Source of the DNA: an archaeon
GTDB lineage: Archaea > Nanobdellota > Nanobdellia > Pacearchaeales > GW2011-AR1
DNA length: 64,000 nt
Reading direction: 5' to 3'
Assembly: GCA_018694115.1 (NCBI GenBank)
Contig: JABHNB010000009.1
Location: forward strand, 11,116-75,115
Position numbers and translations under genes: made by a program. Shown piece after piece: positions 18,299 through 28,419 of the stretch. The notes beneath the pieces were generated by a model that ran no database searches, was not told where the DNA came from, and saw nothing but the letters and a program-made list of their open reading frames with translations. The stretch's first letter is position 1; the number at the start of each line of letters is the position of its first letter.

Positions 18299-19030
18299 TT
18301 ACTTACCAGCAAGTTTCCAAAGCATTTTAAAATAATCTCTAAAGCTATCCGCATAATCTTTATTCTCTACAACAAACGCGATCGGGTTTTCTGCCCAAAC
18401 AATCGTCGCAGTTTTATTCCCATAGACATTAACAACTGCAGGAGTGATATATTCCTTCGGCAAAACTTTCATAGACGTCAAAGGGTTCTTCCTGGATTCT
18501 TGAATAAAGTTCACAGCTTCCTTATTATAAATTATCTTCAACTTGAGTTTCTTTTTGAGTCTTCTTTTTGTCCAATGCAAAACATATCTCTCAAAAACTT
18601 CGGGTATGTCTATGGCTCCAAAAACAAGATATTCATCTCCAGGATTCAACGTATCTAAGATATCCTCAAAAACCTGTTTAATTCCTGCGTACCCTTCGTA
18701 AATTGTCGCCCCTTGTTTTTTTGCTTTAGTCATTTTCTTTTGCAACTCAAGTTCCTTAACGACTGTTTTTAGCTCACTCTCTCTAGATTTAAATTTTTCA
18801 AGAAGCTGCTTCGGATCTCCAGCCTCAAAATAAGTTTTTTTATTTTTCTTAACCGTAGAAATCAATCCTTTCTTTATCAGCCTCTCTAAAATGCTATATC
18901 CATTTGACCTATCAAGCCCCGCATTTCTAGTAATTTCAGCAGCAGTCGAAGAATCCATTCTAAGACATGCAAGATAAGCCTTTATTTCCCCCTCATTCAA
19001 TCCAGCTTCTTTCAACACTTCTAAATTCAT
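18299..19030 (-). CDS. TrmB-family transcriptional regulator
   Basis: N-terminal wHTH EAGLNEGEIKAYLACLRMDSSTAAEITRNAGLDRSNGYSILERLIKKGLI matches the TrmB N-domain pattern. Confidence 0.7.
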   Translation of the reverse strand: MNLEVLKEAGLNEGEIKAYLACLRMDSSTAAEITRNAGLDRSNGYSILERLIKKGLISTVKKNKKTYFEAGDPKQLLEKFKSRESELKTVVKELELQKKMTKAKKQGATIYEGYAGIKQVFEDILDTLNPGDEYLVFGAIDIPEVFERYVLHWTKRRLKKKLKLKIIYNKEAVNFIQESRKNPLTSMKVLPKEYITPAVVNVYGNKTATIVWAENPIAFVVENKDYADSFRDYFKMLWKLAGK

Positions 19031-19240
19031 CTATCTTAAATGTAATCCTTCTTTATAAAGTTGTTGTTAGTACAACAACAAAACTTAATATAGCCTCTAA
19101 TATTGTAACTACTATAGAGTTAAGATAGACTCAAAAAAATAAAATGAAGACACAGAAAACAGAAAACATTGAAAGAGAAAAAATTGATTCAGGTAGACCT
19201 CAAATTCAAAAAGATTTGATGAAAGGAGGTAATAATTAAA

Positions 19241-19987
19241 ATGAGCAAACAAATAAACGAACAAATAAAACCATATGCGGATCTTCTAGGTATACGTAAT
19301 AGATCAGCGCAGTTTGCAGGTGCAAATCTTAGAGGGATAGATCTTAGAAGTGCAGATTTTTCATATGGAAATTTTGGAGGAGCAGATCTCCGATGGGCAA
19401 ATCTCCGATGGACAAAGCTTACTGATGCATATCTTAAAGGCGCAGATCTTAGAATGGCAGATCTTGAATGGGCAGGCCTTCACGAAGCAAACCTTCAAGA
19501 TACAGATCTTAGAGGGGCAAATCTTACTCATGCACGTTTTTGTGACGCAAACCTTGAAGGTTCGAATCTTCATGAAGCAGAACTTGGCGATGCATCTATG
19601 ATATATGCAAATTTTAGCGGGGCAAATCTTCAAAATACATATTGTCAAGGTGCAAGGCTTTGCGGGTCAAAGTTTATAGGGGCAGATCTTAGAGGGGCAG
19701 ATCTTACCCATGCAGACCTTTGTAGCGCAACTTTTCAAGATACAGATCTTAGAGGGGCAAATCTTCGCGAAGCAAATGCCTATGAAGAATATTATAAGGC
19801 AACTTTTCAAAATGCAGATCTTAGAGGGGCAGATCTTAGCGGGGCAAATCTTCAATATGCAAATCTTATAGGAACAGATCTTAGAGGGGCAAATCTTGAA
19901 AATACAGATCTTAGAGGAATACGCGTTGATAGCCCTAATGGAAAGCATTATCAGTGGTCAAAGAGAAATGAACTACGAGAAGAGTAG
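19241..19987 (+). CDS. Pentapeptide-repeat protein
   Basis: Continuous A(D/N)LRG-type pentapeptide repeats. The repeats generate multiple spurious overlapping ORFs on both strands. Confidence 0.8.
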   Translation: MSKQINEQIKPYADLLGIRNRSAQFAGANLRGIDLRSADFSYGNFGGADLRWANLRWTKLTDAYLKGADLRMADLEWAGLHEANLQDTDLRGANLTHARFCDANLEGSNLHEAELGDASMIYANFSGANLQNTYCQGARLCGSKFIGADLRGADLTHADLCSATFQDTDLRGANLREANAYEEYYKATFQNADLRGADLSGANLQYANLIGTDLRGANLENTDLRGIRVDSPNGKHYQWSKRNELREE

Positions 19988-20085
19988 TAAAGTAGCTAAG
20001 CATTTATCTAAAAAAGAGGTGATTTTTTTATTTTTTTAAATTGTATTAGTTGATACATTTTCCAATAAGGTATACAATATACTAA

Positions 20086-20454
20086 CTACAAATCCCCAAT
20101 AGCCTTCTGCAAAGCATCCGCAGCCAAATTAGAACAATGAACTTTTATCGGAGGCAACTGACCCAACGCCGCAGCCACATCCTTATTTGTAACCTTCTTA
20201 GCCTCGCCCAAACTTTTACCCTTAACCAAAGTCGTCATCATCGAAGAACTCGCAATCGCCGCAGCACATCCAAAAGTCTGAAACTTCACATCCTCAATCT
20301 TATCCCCATCAACTTTCAACATAACTTTCAAAACATCCCCACAACTAGGATTCCCAACAGTCCCAACACCATCAGCATCCTCAATCTCACCCATGTTCCG
20401 CGGATTCTGAAAATGATCGAAAACCGCCTTCGTATAATCACAATTACTCTCCAT
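20086..20454 (-). CDS. iscU: Fe-S cluster assembly scaffold IscU/NifU-like
   Basis: Conserved cysteines in GNPSCGD, FQTFGCAAAIASS and HCSNLAADAL. Confidence 0.8.
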   Translation of the reverse strand: MESNCDYTKAVFDHFQNPRNMGEIEDADGVGTVGNPSCGDVLKVMLKVDGDKIEDVKFQTFGCAAAIASSSMMTTLVKGKSLGEAKKVTNKDVAAALGQLPPIKVHCSNLAADALQKAIGDL

Positions 20455-21094
20455 TTTTACCCTCCATAAAAAAGTAATTCAAAACATTCACACCATCAAC
20501 CCATTTTTTCTCGAAGACTTTACTTTCAATAATTTCAAAATGAGCCCCAAACAAACCCATAAGCTCATCTGAAGATGAGAAATACATTTTTGCTCCAACA
20601 ATCGCCCTAGCATTCTCAGGAATTATTCTCAACTTTCCTTCTCCAAACTTTTTATCCCGATCATTAAAACACACCGAAAAATACTTCCCATTTTCATTCA
20701 ACAAATTAGCAACATCTCCAACATATTTCTCCCTATTCTCTGGCATCACAAGATGCAAAAGAGCCCATTCCAAAACGAAACCAAACTTCTCATCTAACTT
20801 ATCCAAATCCGCAACATCCATTGCCATAAATTTAACATCAACTCCAGCATCCTCAGCATTTTGCTTCGCATACTTTATAGCATTCTCAGACAAATCAATC
20901 GCCGTAACGTCAAATCCCTTCGAAGCAAGATAAATAGCATAAAACCCCTCGCCGCACCCAACATCAAGACATTTGCACGGTTTAATTTTCCCAGATTCAA
21001 CCAATTCAACCAATTCAGTTGGCGGCTCAGATCGCGTCCAAACAGCCCCAGGTTTCTCGTAAGTCTTTTCTAGAAGTTCTTTTCCATTATTCAT
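20444..21094 (-). CDS. Class I SAM-dependent methyltransferase
   Basis: Motif I CLDVGCGEGFYAIYLASKGFDVTAIDLS. Confidence 0.6.
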   Translation of the reverse strand: MNNGKELLEKTYEKPGAVWTRSEPPTELVELVESGKIKPCKCLDVGCGEGFYAIYLASKGFDVTAIDLSENAIKYAKQNAEDAGVDVKFMAMDVADLDKLDEKFGFVLEWALLHLVMPENREKYVGDVANLLNENGKYFSVCFNDRDKKFGEGKLRIIPENARAIVGAKMYFSSSDELMGLFGAHFEIIESKVFEKKWVDGVNVLNYFFMEGKNGE

Positions 21095-21288
21095 TTTTTA
21101 TTCAGCTCCGCCAACAACTCGTCAACATCAACACCATGTGCTTCAGCACCCCGTTCAATGGTCTCTAATTGCGCCATAGGACAACCACCACAGAACATTC
21201 CTCGCTCAGCTAACTTCTCAGCAGCAGCAGGATTTGCATGAATCAACTCCGCAAACGTCATTTCCTTGTGTATTTTTTTCTTTGCCAT
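21091..21288 (-). CDS. Small DUF1858-like redox/disulfide domain protein
   Basis: About 60 aa with a CGGC pair (FCGGCPMAQLETIE) in a helical hairpin context. Confidence 0.4.
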   Translation of the reverse strand: MAKKKIHKEMTFAELIHANPAAAEKLAERGMFCGGCPMAQLETIERGAEAHGVDVDELLAELNKK

Positions 21289-22063
21289 TATTCGCCTCCT
21301 TATCTAATTTAATTGCTTCAATCTTCAAACTTTCAAGTGCGATTCCAGTATATTGTCTCTTACTAATCTCTTTATCCTCTCCAAGAATATTCACCTTAAA
21401 TCCTGCACCTTCAATCTTAGAAATATAGTCTTCCCTTTGCACCGCACCTGCGACACATCCAACCATTAACTCATCACTATCCTTCTGTTCATCACTCAAT
21501 TCTCCCAATAAAACAATATCTGAAACATACATTTTTCCCCCAGACCTTAGCACTCGATGAACTTCTCCAAAAACCTTCTCTTTGTTTGGTGCAAGATTAA
21601 CGACACAATTACTAATTACAATATCCACAGAATTATCATCTACCGGAAGATCTTCAATATCTCCTAATCTAAATTCAGTATTCTTATACCCATATTTCTC
21701 TGCATTGTCCCTAGCTCGAGCAATCATCTCAGGAGTCATATCAACACCAATAACTTTTCCACTATCTCCGACCTTCTTAGATGCTAAAAAAACATCAAAT
21801 CCTGCACCACTTCCCAAGTCGAGCACAGTTTGACCTTCTTCCATCCCACCTAAGGCGGTAGGATTTCCACAACCTAAACCAAGATTCGCTTCGGGAACAT
21901 TATTTATCTCTTCATCACTATATCCTATAGACTTTGAGATCTCATCATTAAGTTTCAAGTTCGCATTTCCAAGACTACATCCACAACTATTAGAACAACC
22001 TCCATCACTCGCTATCTTAGCATAACCTTCCCTTACAGTTTTCTTCACTTCATTATTTTCCAT
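21218..22063 (-). CDS. ArsM-like (arsenite methyltransferase family) SAM-dependent methyltransferase with Cys-rich termini
   Basis: VLDLGSGAGFDVFLAS...VIGVDMTPEMI...VDIVISNCVVNL motifs. N-terminal GCSNSCGCS and C-terminal CGVDSCKSCCC cysteines. Confidence 0.55.
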   Translation of the reverse strand: MENNEVKKTVREGYAKIASDGGCSNSCGCSLGNANLKLNDEISKSIGYSDEEINNVPEANLGLGCGNPTALGGMEEGQTVLDLGSGAGFDVFLASKKVGDSGKVIGVDMTPEMIARARDNAEKYGYKNTEFRLGDIEDLPVDDNSVDIVISNCVVNLAPNKEKVFGEVHRVLRSGGKMYVSDIVLLGELSDEQKDSDELMVGCVAGAVQREDYISKIEGAGFKVNILGEDKEISKRQYTGIALESLKIEAIKLDKEANNGKEKNTQGNDVCGVDSCKSCCC

Positions 22064-23204
22064 CGGACATCTCCAGCTTAAACGGACTAATTTTTCTTAG
22101 TTTTTCAACCTTTTCATTTATTTTGGAGACAACAAATTTGATATCTTTCTCGCTTATCTCCCCCAAGGTTAGTCTTAGACTTCCATGGATATAAAGTTCG
22201 GGAACTTTAATGGCCTTCAATACATAACTCTCACTCAACTTATTAGATGCACAGGCAGATCCCGTAGAAACACAAATCCCTTCCTTATCAAGCATCAACA
22301 TTAAACTCTCGCCCTCAATTCCATAAAACGAAACATTCACATTATTCCAAATTCGCTTCTTAAGGGACCCGTTGATTCGCGTCCCAGGAATTTTAAGTAG
22401 CTCTTTAACTAATAAATCTCGTACCTTTCGAATTCTTGTAACCTCTTGCTTAACACTTAATGCAGCTGCAAGTCCAACAATCCCCGGAACATTCCCTGTA
22501 CCGCTTCTAAGTCCATTCTCCTGACCGCCCCCAGTCTGAACTGCACTAACACGAACGCCCTTCCGAACATACAGGAACCCAATACCCTTGGGTGCATGAA
22601 CTTTATGTCCAGAAACTGAAAGCAAATCAACATGCATCTTTCTAACGTCAATTCCCAACTTCATAAAACCCTGAACACAATCGCTATGAAAATAAACGCC
22701 CTTCTTTTTGCAAACCTCTCCAATTTCTTCAATCGGCTGGATAGTCCCAATCTCATTATTAACATGCATTATAGAAACCAGGAGGGTATCCTTACGAATC
22801 TTTTTCTTAACGTCCGCACCCTCAACGATTCCTTCTTCATTAACACCGATGTAATCCACAGAGAATCCTTGTTTCTCAAGATCCTTGCAAGTTTCTAAAA
22901 CTGAGGGATGCTCAATAACTGAGGTAATAATATGCTTCTTCTCCGGATTAGCTTTAGCCAAACCTCGAATTGCAAGATTATTTGATTCTGTTCCGCCAGA
23001 TGTAAAAATAATCTCTGAAGGGTTAGCCCCGATAAAATTCGCAATCTCCTCCCGAGCAGTCTCCACAAGTTTCCTAGCTTCTTTTCCGCAACTATGCTGT
23101 GAAGAGGGATTTGCATAACTGTCTAGAAAAACTTTCTTAACTTTTTCAGCTACATTCTTATCAACTTTTGTAGTAGCCGCATTATCTAAATAAATTGTTG
23201 CCAT
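22053..23204 (-). CDS. iscS: Cysteine desulfurase (IscS/NifS, class V aminotransferase)
   Basis: PLP-lysine motif SVSGHKVHAPKG. Catalytic Cys loop STGSACAS. 383 aa. Confidence 0.85.
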   Translation of the reverse strand: MATIYLDNAATTKVDKNVAEKVKKVFLDSYANPSSQHSCGKEARKLVETAREEIANFIGANPSEIIFTSGGTESNNLAIRGLAKANPEKKHIITSVIEHPSVLETCKDLEKQGFSVDYIGVNEEGIVEGADVKKKIRKDTLLVSIMHVNNEIGTIQPIEEIGEVCKKKGVYFHSDCVQGFMKLGIDVRKMHVDLLSVSGHKVHAPKGIGFLYVRKGVRVSAVQTGGGQENGLRSGTGNVPGIVGLAAALSVKQEVTRIRKVRDLLVKELLKIPGTRINGSLKKRIWNNVNVSFYGIEGESLMLMLDKEGICVSTGSACASNKLSESYVLKAIKVPELYIHGSLRLTLGEISEKDIKFVVSKINEKVEKLRKISPFKLEMSDGK

Positions 23205-23569
23205 TAGTACTTCGGATCACAATTACAATACTGAAGAATATCTTTGTTATATTTCTTACAAACATCGCAAGAGCATTTTTTTACTTTCATCAACCTCAAA
23301 ATTCTTTGAACTTCCACCATAGCAACCTTTGGGCTCTTCATAATTAATTTAGCCGATTTTGCTACCTCTTTTTTAATCTCTAGACTAAGTTTTGCTTTAT
23401 TCGCCCGCTTATTAGAAAGGTATTGAGAAACTGCGGCTTTACTGATTCCAAGAATATTTCCTGCCTTTTCATAACTAAGTTCATGTTTCTTAGTCAACTG
23501 CTTCGCTAGCTCCTTCCGGATTGCCGGAATAATATACCAGACTTCTACTTCTTGAGGTAACAAATACAT
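23204..23569 (-). CDS. HTH transcriptional regulator with C-terminal Cys-rich motif, first gene of the isc operon
   Basis: HTH region ILGISKAAVSQYLSNKR. C-terminal CSCDVC...CNCD. Overlaps the iscS start. Confidence 0.5.
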   Translation of the reverse strand: MYLLPQEVEVWYIIPAIRKELAKQLTKKHELSYEKAGNILGISKAAVSQYLSNKRANKAKLSLEIKKEVAKSAKLIMKSPKVAMVEVQRILRLMKVKKCSCDVCKKYNKDILQYCNCDPKY

Positions 23570-23570
23570 A

Positions 23571-23599
23571 GTTAACTATCGTTAACTTTCCTTTATAAA
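23571..23599. promoter_or_regulatory. Putative archaeal promoter/operator with two GTTAAC palindromes 10 bp apart and a TTTATAAA TATA-like box
   Basis: GTTAACTATCGTTAAC lies directly upstream of the regulator ATG (23567-23569). TTTATAAA at 23592-23599 is about 25 nt upstream. This is consistent with a leaderless transcript whose operator overlaps the start site. Confidence 0.35.
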
Positions 23600-23855
23600 C
23601 TTTCCGCAGAAAGGTTACCTGAGAAATATCTTGCCCCATCTTGCGGGGTACACTGAGCAGTGCCAATGTTACCCTATAATTTTTTTTGGAAAGCTTTTTT
23701 AATGAGATTTACTATCAATAAACATGAATTACAAACAAAAGAGGTGATTTGTATTTGCAATCTCATTAATTCTTTTAAGCTTTCTATATTTTCTTTCAAG
23801 GTTTAATCTTTTCTCTCTCATCTTCGGAAGTATCTTTGCACTTATCCTCTTTTAT

Positions 23856-24290
23856 TTGGGAGATCATCTCTTGAAATGGGATCTCAAATTCTGGCATTAT
23901 GCCATCTTTGTAGGGATGGTAGTTTTCGGATTTATAATGACTCCACTTTATTTCAAATATCCTTTTTTTGATAAAGTTCAGCATTTTTTATTTCCCCTGA
24001 TAACTTGCTTTTTTATTTATCATATAATGGATCGAATGGATTTAGATAGAAAATACAAATTATGGTTTACTGTGACTGTTCTTATAACAACAATTACTCT
24101 TTTTGAGGTCTATGAATATATTGCAGATTATTTCTGGAATGTTAAACTCCAGGGAGTATACTCGGGGAGCTGGGTAGATCAAAGATTCAAGCTTATCATG
24201 CCTAGAATCGACGATACAATGGTAGATATTATGCTTGGAATTGTTGGAGCAATTACATTCGTCATAGGAAAAATTACTTTTAAGAAATAA
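23856..24290 (+). CDS. Hypothetical multi-pass membrane protein
   Basis: 144 aa with several hydrophobic helices. Confidence 0.4.
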   Translation: MGDHLLKWDLKFWHYAIFVGMVVFGFIMTPLYFKYPFFDKVQHFLFPLITCFFIYHIMDRMDLDRKYKLWFTVTVLITTITLFEVYEYIADYFWNVKLQGVYSGSWVDQRFKLIMPRIDDTMVDIMLGIVGAITFVIGKITFKK

Positions 24291-24504
24291 TAATCGCCTG
24301 AACTGGGCAACCCGCCTCAGCATCTTTTTCACAAGTTAATTTTTCAACTTCTGCAGTTTTTACATGGGCCTTACCCTCTTTCATTTCAAAATTAGCTGGA
24401 CAGGTAGCTGAACATGCACCACACCCAATACATTTATCCTCGTCTACGGTTATCTTGTGTGCCATCTTCATCCTCCGTCTCATTTGTCTTATTAACCTCG
24501 TCAA
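24280..24504 (-). CDS. 4Fe-4S (or 3Fe-4S) ferredoxin
   Basis: CIGCGACSATCP plus a downstream CEKDAEAGCP. Probable start at MAHKITV (around 24465). Confidence 0.7.
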   Translation of the reverse strand: MTRLIRQMRRRMKMAHKITVDEDKCIGCGACSATCPANFEMKEGKAHVKTAEVEKLTCEKDAEAGCPVQAIIIS

Positions 24505-24670
24505 TTTCAGTGATCTTCACAGTATCAATGACTTGAGGCTCAGAACCAATAACTGAAGCAGTAATCGAATGTCCAGTCATACCAGACAGGGTACTTGTCA
24601 TCCAAAAGAATGCAAATAACAGAAGCAAGGCTCCTCCCGCAACAATAACCATTTTCTTTATCGAATCCAT
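24434..24670 (-). CDS. Small membrane protein
   Basis: N-terminal TM helix MVIVAGGALLLLFAFFW and an acidic C-terminus. Confidence 0.3.
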   Translation of the reverse strand: MDSIKKMVIVAGGALLLLFAFFWMTSTLSGMTGHSITASVIGSEPQVIDTVKITEIDEVNKTNETEDEDGTQDNRRRG

Positions 24671-24720
24671 GCTAAAAGGGAGTTAGCAATATTTATAAAC
24701 TTAATTAATTTCAACCCATT

Positions 24721-25272
24721 ATGGTATTACTCTGGGTATTAATTGCAGTTGCAGTAGTGATTGCGTTTACATTCTTCATGTATTATAACAGATTTGTAAG
24801 ACTTTCTCACCAAATTGATAATTCCCTAGCACAAATTGATGTTCAACTAAAGAAAAGGGCAGATCTTGTTCCTAATCTTCTTTCTTCGGTAAAGGGTTAC
24901 ATGAAACATGAGAAGAAAATAATTAAGGAAGTAACCGATGCAAGGAAAGCTTTAGTGGGAGCAAAGAATATGCAATCCAAGGTAAAGGCTGGAAACCAGT
25001 TGCAGACTGCTCTAAAATCTATCTTCGCAATAGCAGAAGGCTATCCGGACTTAAAGGCAAATACAAATTTCCTACACCTTCAGCAAGAACTCTCCGCAAT
25101 TGAGGACAAGGTTGCTTATGCAAGGCAATACTTCAACGATGGAATCATGAGTTATAATGTCTCCTTGAACACAATCCCTGGAAAGTGGTTTGCTTCGATG
25201 TATGGTTTTGGGAAGAAAGATTATTTGAAGATTCCTGAAGAATCAAGGGCAGTTCCAAAGGTTGAGTTCTAA
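24721..25272 (+). CDS. LemA family protein
   Basis: N-terminal TM helix then the LemA-pattern region (LKKRADLVPNL...AEGYPDLKAN...). 183 aa. Confidence 0.75.
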   Translation: MVLLWVLIAVAVVIAFTFFMYYNRFVRLSHQIDNSLAQIDVQLKKRADLVPNLLSSVKGYMKHEKKIIKEVTDARKALVGAKNMQSKVKAGNQLQTALKSIFAIAEGYPDLKANTNFLHLQQELSAIEDKVAYARQYFNDGIMSYNVSLNTIPGKWFASMYGFGKKDYLKIPEESRAVPKVEF

Positions 25273-25298
25273 ATAAAGTATATACTCCAATATATACA

Positions 25299-26240
25299 TT
25301 GGAATATATATGTTACAAACTATATATTAAGATGCAACAAAGACTATCATTCCACGAGGAAATAAGAAGGAACAAAATCCAATCATTTTTCTTAATCACA
25401 ATTGTCTTCATAGTTCTTCTAGCCCTAGTTTATACCGTTGGGTTAATTGTCGGGGGAGATTTCTTTTTCTTCATCCTAATCTTTGGAACAATAATCTCAA
25501 TTCTTTACGTAGTCGGCGGATATTACAAATCCGCAGATCTCGCAATCGCATCAGTAAATGCAAAGAAAGCCCCACAATCAGATCCAAAATTTCGACAATA
25601 TCATAATATCGTAGAAGGATTATGTCTCGCATCCGGACTTCCAAAACCAAAACTCTTTGTTATGGAGAATCCTCAAATTAACGCATTCGCATCAGGCAGA
25701 GATCCAAAGCATGCTGTGATCTGTGTAACAACCGGAACTATAGAAAAACTTAACAAACAAGAGCTTGAAGGAGTTCTAGCTCACGAACTCTCCCACGTAG
25801 CAAACTATGACATCCGTTTTATGACCCTAACTGCCGTTCTCGTGGGTATTATCGCGATCGTCTCCCAGATCTTCCTTAGAAGCATGTTTTGGGGGGCAGG
25901 AAGCCGGAATAGTGGTGGGGGCGGAAATGATAATGGTCAAGGAAAACTAATAATAATGGCAATTGGAATAACCTTAGCAATCTTAGCACCAATCATTGTA
26001 GCATTAGTACAATTAGCAATCTCACGAAAAAGGGAATATGCCGCGGATTCTTCAGCAGTTAAGTTCATGAGAACTCCAACAGGATTAATCGGAGCCCTAA
26101 AGAAAATCCAACATAATTCTGATATGAAAGTCTCCGGAGCAGTAGCCCCATTATTCCTAGCAAAACCAAAGAAGGAACGAGAATGGTTTCAAACACATCC
26201 TCCGCTTAACAAGAGAATAACCAGATTAGAAAGGATGTAG
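25299..26240 (+). CDS. htpX: M48 zinc metalloprotease HtpX-like
   Basis: HELSHVANYD HExxH motif, multiple TM helices, and a Gly-rich insert. Confidence 0.75.
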   Translation: MEYICYKLYIKMQQRLSFHEEIRRNKIQSFFLITIVFIVLLALVYTVGLIVGGDFFFFILIFGTIISILYVVGGYYKSADLAIASVNAKKAPQSDPKFRQYHNIVEGLCLASGLPKPKLFVMENPQINAFASGRDPKHAVICVTTGTIEKLNKQELEGVLAHELSHVANYDIRFMTLTAVLVGIIAIVSQIFLRSMFWGAGSRNSGGGGNDNGQGKLIIMAIGITLAILAPIIVALVQLAISRKREYAADSSAVKFMRTPTGLIGALKKIQHNSDMKVSGAVAPLFLAKPKKEREWFQTHPPLNKRITRLERM

Positions 26241-26242
26241 AT

Positions 26243-27184
26243 TTACTTCTTTCCGCCCTTCATCTTCAAATAATCAAATGCGCTCTTAGCTGCAATAGCT
26301 CCCTCACTCGCAGCAGTTACAACTTGCTTAAAATTATTATTAGTAATATCGCCTGCGGCAAAGATTCCTTCGACATTAGTCTCCGCCCCCTTGCCCGTCA
26401 CAATATAATCTTTTTCTGTCTTTAACTTCAAATCTGCAATGACTTCCTTAGCTGGAGTCGCTCCTGCCTCAATGAAAACCCCTTCGACAGCGAGAGTTTT
26501 TTCTACAGGATCTTTATCTGGAGATTTTTGAATTATTTTCAATCCGCTAACCTTTCCATCCCCTTCAACTTCGGTTGGTTCAGAAAAATAAATAATCTCA
26601 ACATTTTTCGTACTACAAATCTTTGAAAGCGCAATAGGTTCACATCTCATCTCATGCCTTCGGTAGATAACATAGACCTTCTTAGCGATATCTGCAAGAT
26701 ATATGGCAGCCCTTGCCGCAGAGTTTGCTCCGCCAATCACCGCAACATCTTTGCCTCTAAAGAAATTCCCATCACAAGTTGCACAATATGAAACACCTTT
26801 TCCGAGTAATTCTTTCTCTCCAGGAATATTCAATTGCCTATGTTCTGTTCCAAGAGCAACAATTAATGCCCTCCCGCGAATCTTCTTATCAGTTCCTTCT
26901 AGCAAAAATTCTCCACCTTTCTTAGAAACTTTCTTAACCTCTTCTTCGATAAAAACTGCACCAAATTTCTCCGCCTGATCCTTAAATTTCTTCATTAATT
27001 CCATTCCAGAACCAATATATCCTGGCCAGTTCTCAATCTCTCCAGCAAGATTAGCTGTTCCACCAATTGTTTTAGCCACAACAGCAACCTTAAGGTTATA
27101 TCTTCCAGCATAGAGTGCTGCAGTTAATCCGGCAGGCCCCCCACCCAATATAACTAGATCATAATTATCGTTGTTTTTCACCAT
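26243..27184 (-). CDS. trxB: Thioredoxin reductase (TrxB)
   Basis: FAD motif ILGGGPAGLTAA. Redox-active CATCDG. NADPH-binding GGANSAARAA. Confidence 0.85.
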   Translation of the reverse strand: MVKNNDNYDLVILGGGPAGLTAALYAGRYNLKVAVVAKTIGGTANLAGEIENWPGYIGSGMELMKKFKDQAEKFGAVFIEEEVKKVSKKGGEFLLEGTDKKIRGRALIVALGTEHRQLNIPGEKELLGKGVSYCATCDGNFFRGKDVAVIGGANSAARAAIYLADIAKKVYVIYRRHEMRCEPIALSKICSTKNVEIIYFSEPTEVEGDGKVSGLKIIQKSPDKDPVEKTLAVEGVFIEAGATPAKEVIADLKLKTEKDYIVTGKGAETNVEGIFAAGDITNNNFKQVVTAASEGAIAAKSAFDYLKMKGGKK

Positions 27185-27270
27185 AGAACATCATAGCATA
27201 TAGACTATTTATATTTTAGGTAGCAGCGTTAACCAACAACATTTAAATAACGCCCAATCCTAAAGCTATC

Positions 27271-28290
27271 ATGACACCTGAAGAGAGATACGAGCTAATA
27301 ACTCGGAATTTACAAGAGGTAATTGGGGAAGACAAGTTAAAAGAAAAGTTAAAGTCAAAAAAAGAATTTTCCGTCTATTGGGGGACAATGCCCACTGGAA
27401 GCATTTCAATTGCCTATTTCTTTCCAATGCTAAAAATCGCAGATCTACTTAAGGCAGGTTGCCGAGTAAAGATTCTCTTAGCAGATTTGCATGCAGCACT
27501 AGATAGTGTGCCATGGGACGAGTTAGAAAAGAGATATGCTTATTATAAAAAAGCAATAGAAACTATTCTAAAAACAATTGGGGTTCCACTAAACAAATTA
27601 GAATTTGTCAAGGGAAGTGAATTACAGTTGAATAAAAAATATTTTCATGATGTTCTAAAATTGAGCACATTTACTAGTCTTGGGGAAGCAAAGAAGTCTG
27701 CATCAGAGGTAGTAAAACTTGGAGACAACCCAAAACTTTCTGGGATGATTTATCCATTAATGCAGGCCCTTGACGAAGAATACCTTAATGTTGATGCCCA
27801 GTTTGGGGGGATGGATCAGAGAAAGATAATGGTATATGCTCGGGAATTCTTACCCAAGGTTGGATACGAACCAAGGATTGAATTAATTAATCCGTTAATT
27901 AGGGGACTAGTCGGAGAAAAGATGAGTTCTTCAATCAAGGCGAGCAAGATTGATTTAATGGATGATCCTAAGGCAGTAATCAAGAAAATGAACAAGGCAG
28001 ATTGTATAACTGGAGATCCAAAAAATGGAGTAATGGCCCTCCTAGAGTATTTTATCTTCATCCTAAAGAACGACAATGGAGAAAAATTCCTAATTGAACG
28101 TCCAGAGAAGTTTGGGGGAAACTTAGAATATTCTTCTTATGCTGAAGTGGAAAAAGATTTTGTAGAAAAGAAACTTCACCCATTGGATCTGAAGAATGGT
28201 GTAGCAGCAGAGATAAACAAACTCTTAGAGAAATTCCAGGCAAGTAAGGAGTTAAAGAAGCTCCACGAGAAAGCATACCCCGACGAGTAA
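27271..28290 (+). CDS. tyrS: Tyrosyl-tRNA synthetase, archaeal type
   Basis: LLADLHAAL, YPLMQALDEEYLNVDAQFGGMDQRKI, and the KMSKS-like KMSSS. C-terminal ERPEKFGG resembles archaeal TyrRS. Confidence 0.85.
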   Translation: MTPEERYELITRNLQEVIGEDKLKEKLKSKKEFSVYWGTMPTGSISIAYFFPMLKIADLLKAGCRVKILLADLHAALDSVPWDELEKRYAYYKKAIETILKTIGVPLNKLEFVKGSELQLNKKYFHDVLKLSTFTSLGEAKKSASEVVKLGDNPKLSGMIYPLMQALDEEYLNVDAQFGGMDQRKIMVYAREFLPKVGYEPRIELINPLIRGLVGEKMSSSIKASKIDLMDDPKAVIKKMNKADCITGDPKNGVMALLEYFIFILKNDNGEKFLIERPEKFGGNLEYSSYAEVEKDFVEKKLHPLDLKNGVAAEINKLLEKFQASKELKKLHEKAYPDE

Positions 28291-28419
28291 ACTCCGTTTC
28301 CGAAACATTTATATATTTCTTAGTACTCTGATTAACATGCAAGCGCAAAAGAGGTTCGAAAGATGGAATTTTAATGTCTTAACTCTAGCGCATGCTGGCA
28401 TTGGCTCTTATATGATCAA

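Noticed and set aside
19350-19948. Several 80-95 aa ORFs on both strands overlapping the pentapeptide-repeat gene (Cys-rich KICPSKIC... on the minus strand, QILEGQIL... on the plus strand)
   Set aside because: These are frame artefacts of the periodic pentapeptide-repeat DNA. The + strand frame encoding A(D/N)LRG repeats is the coherent one.
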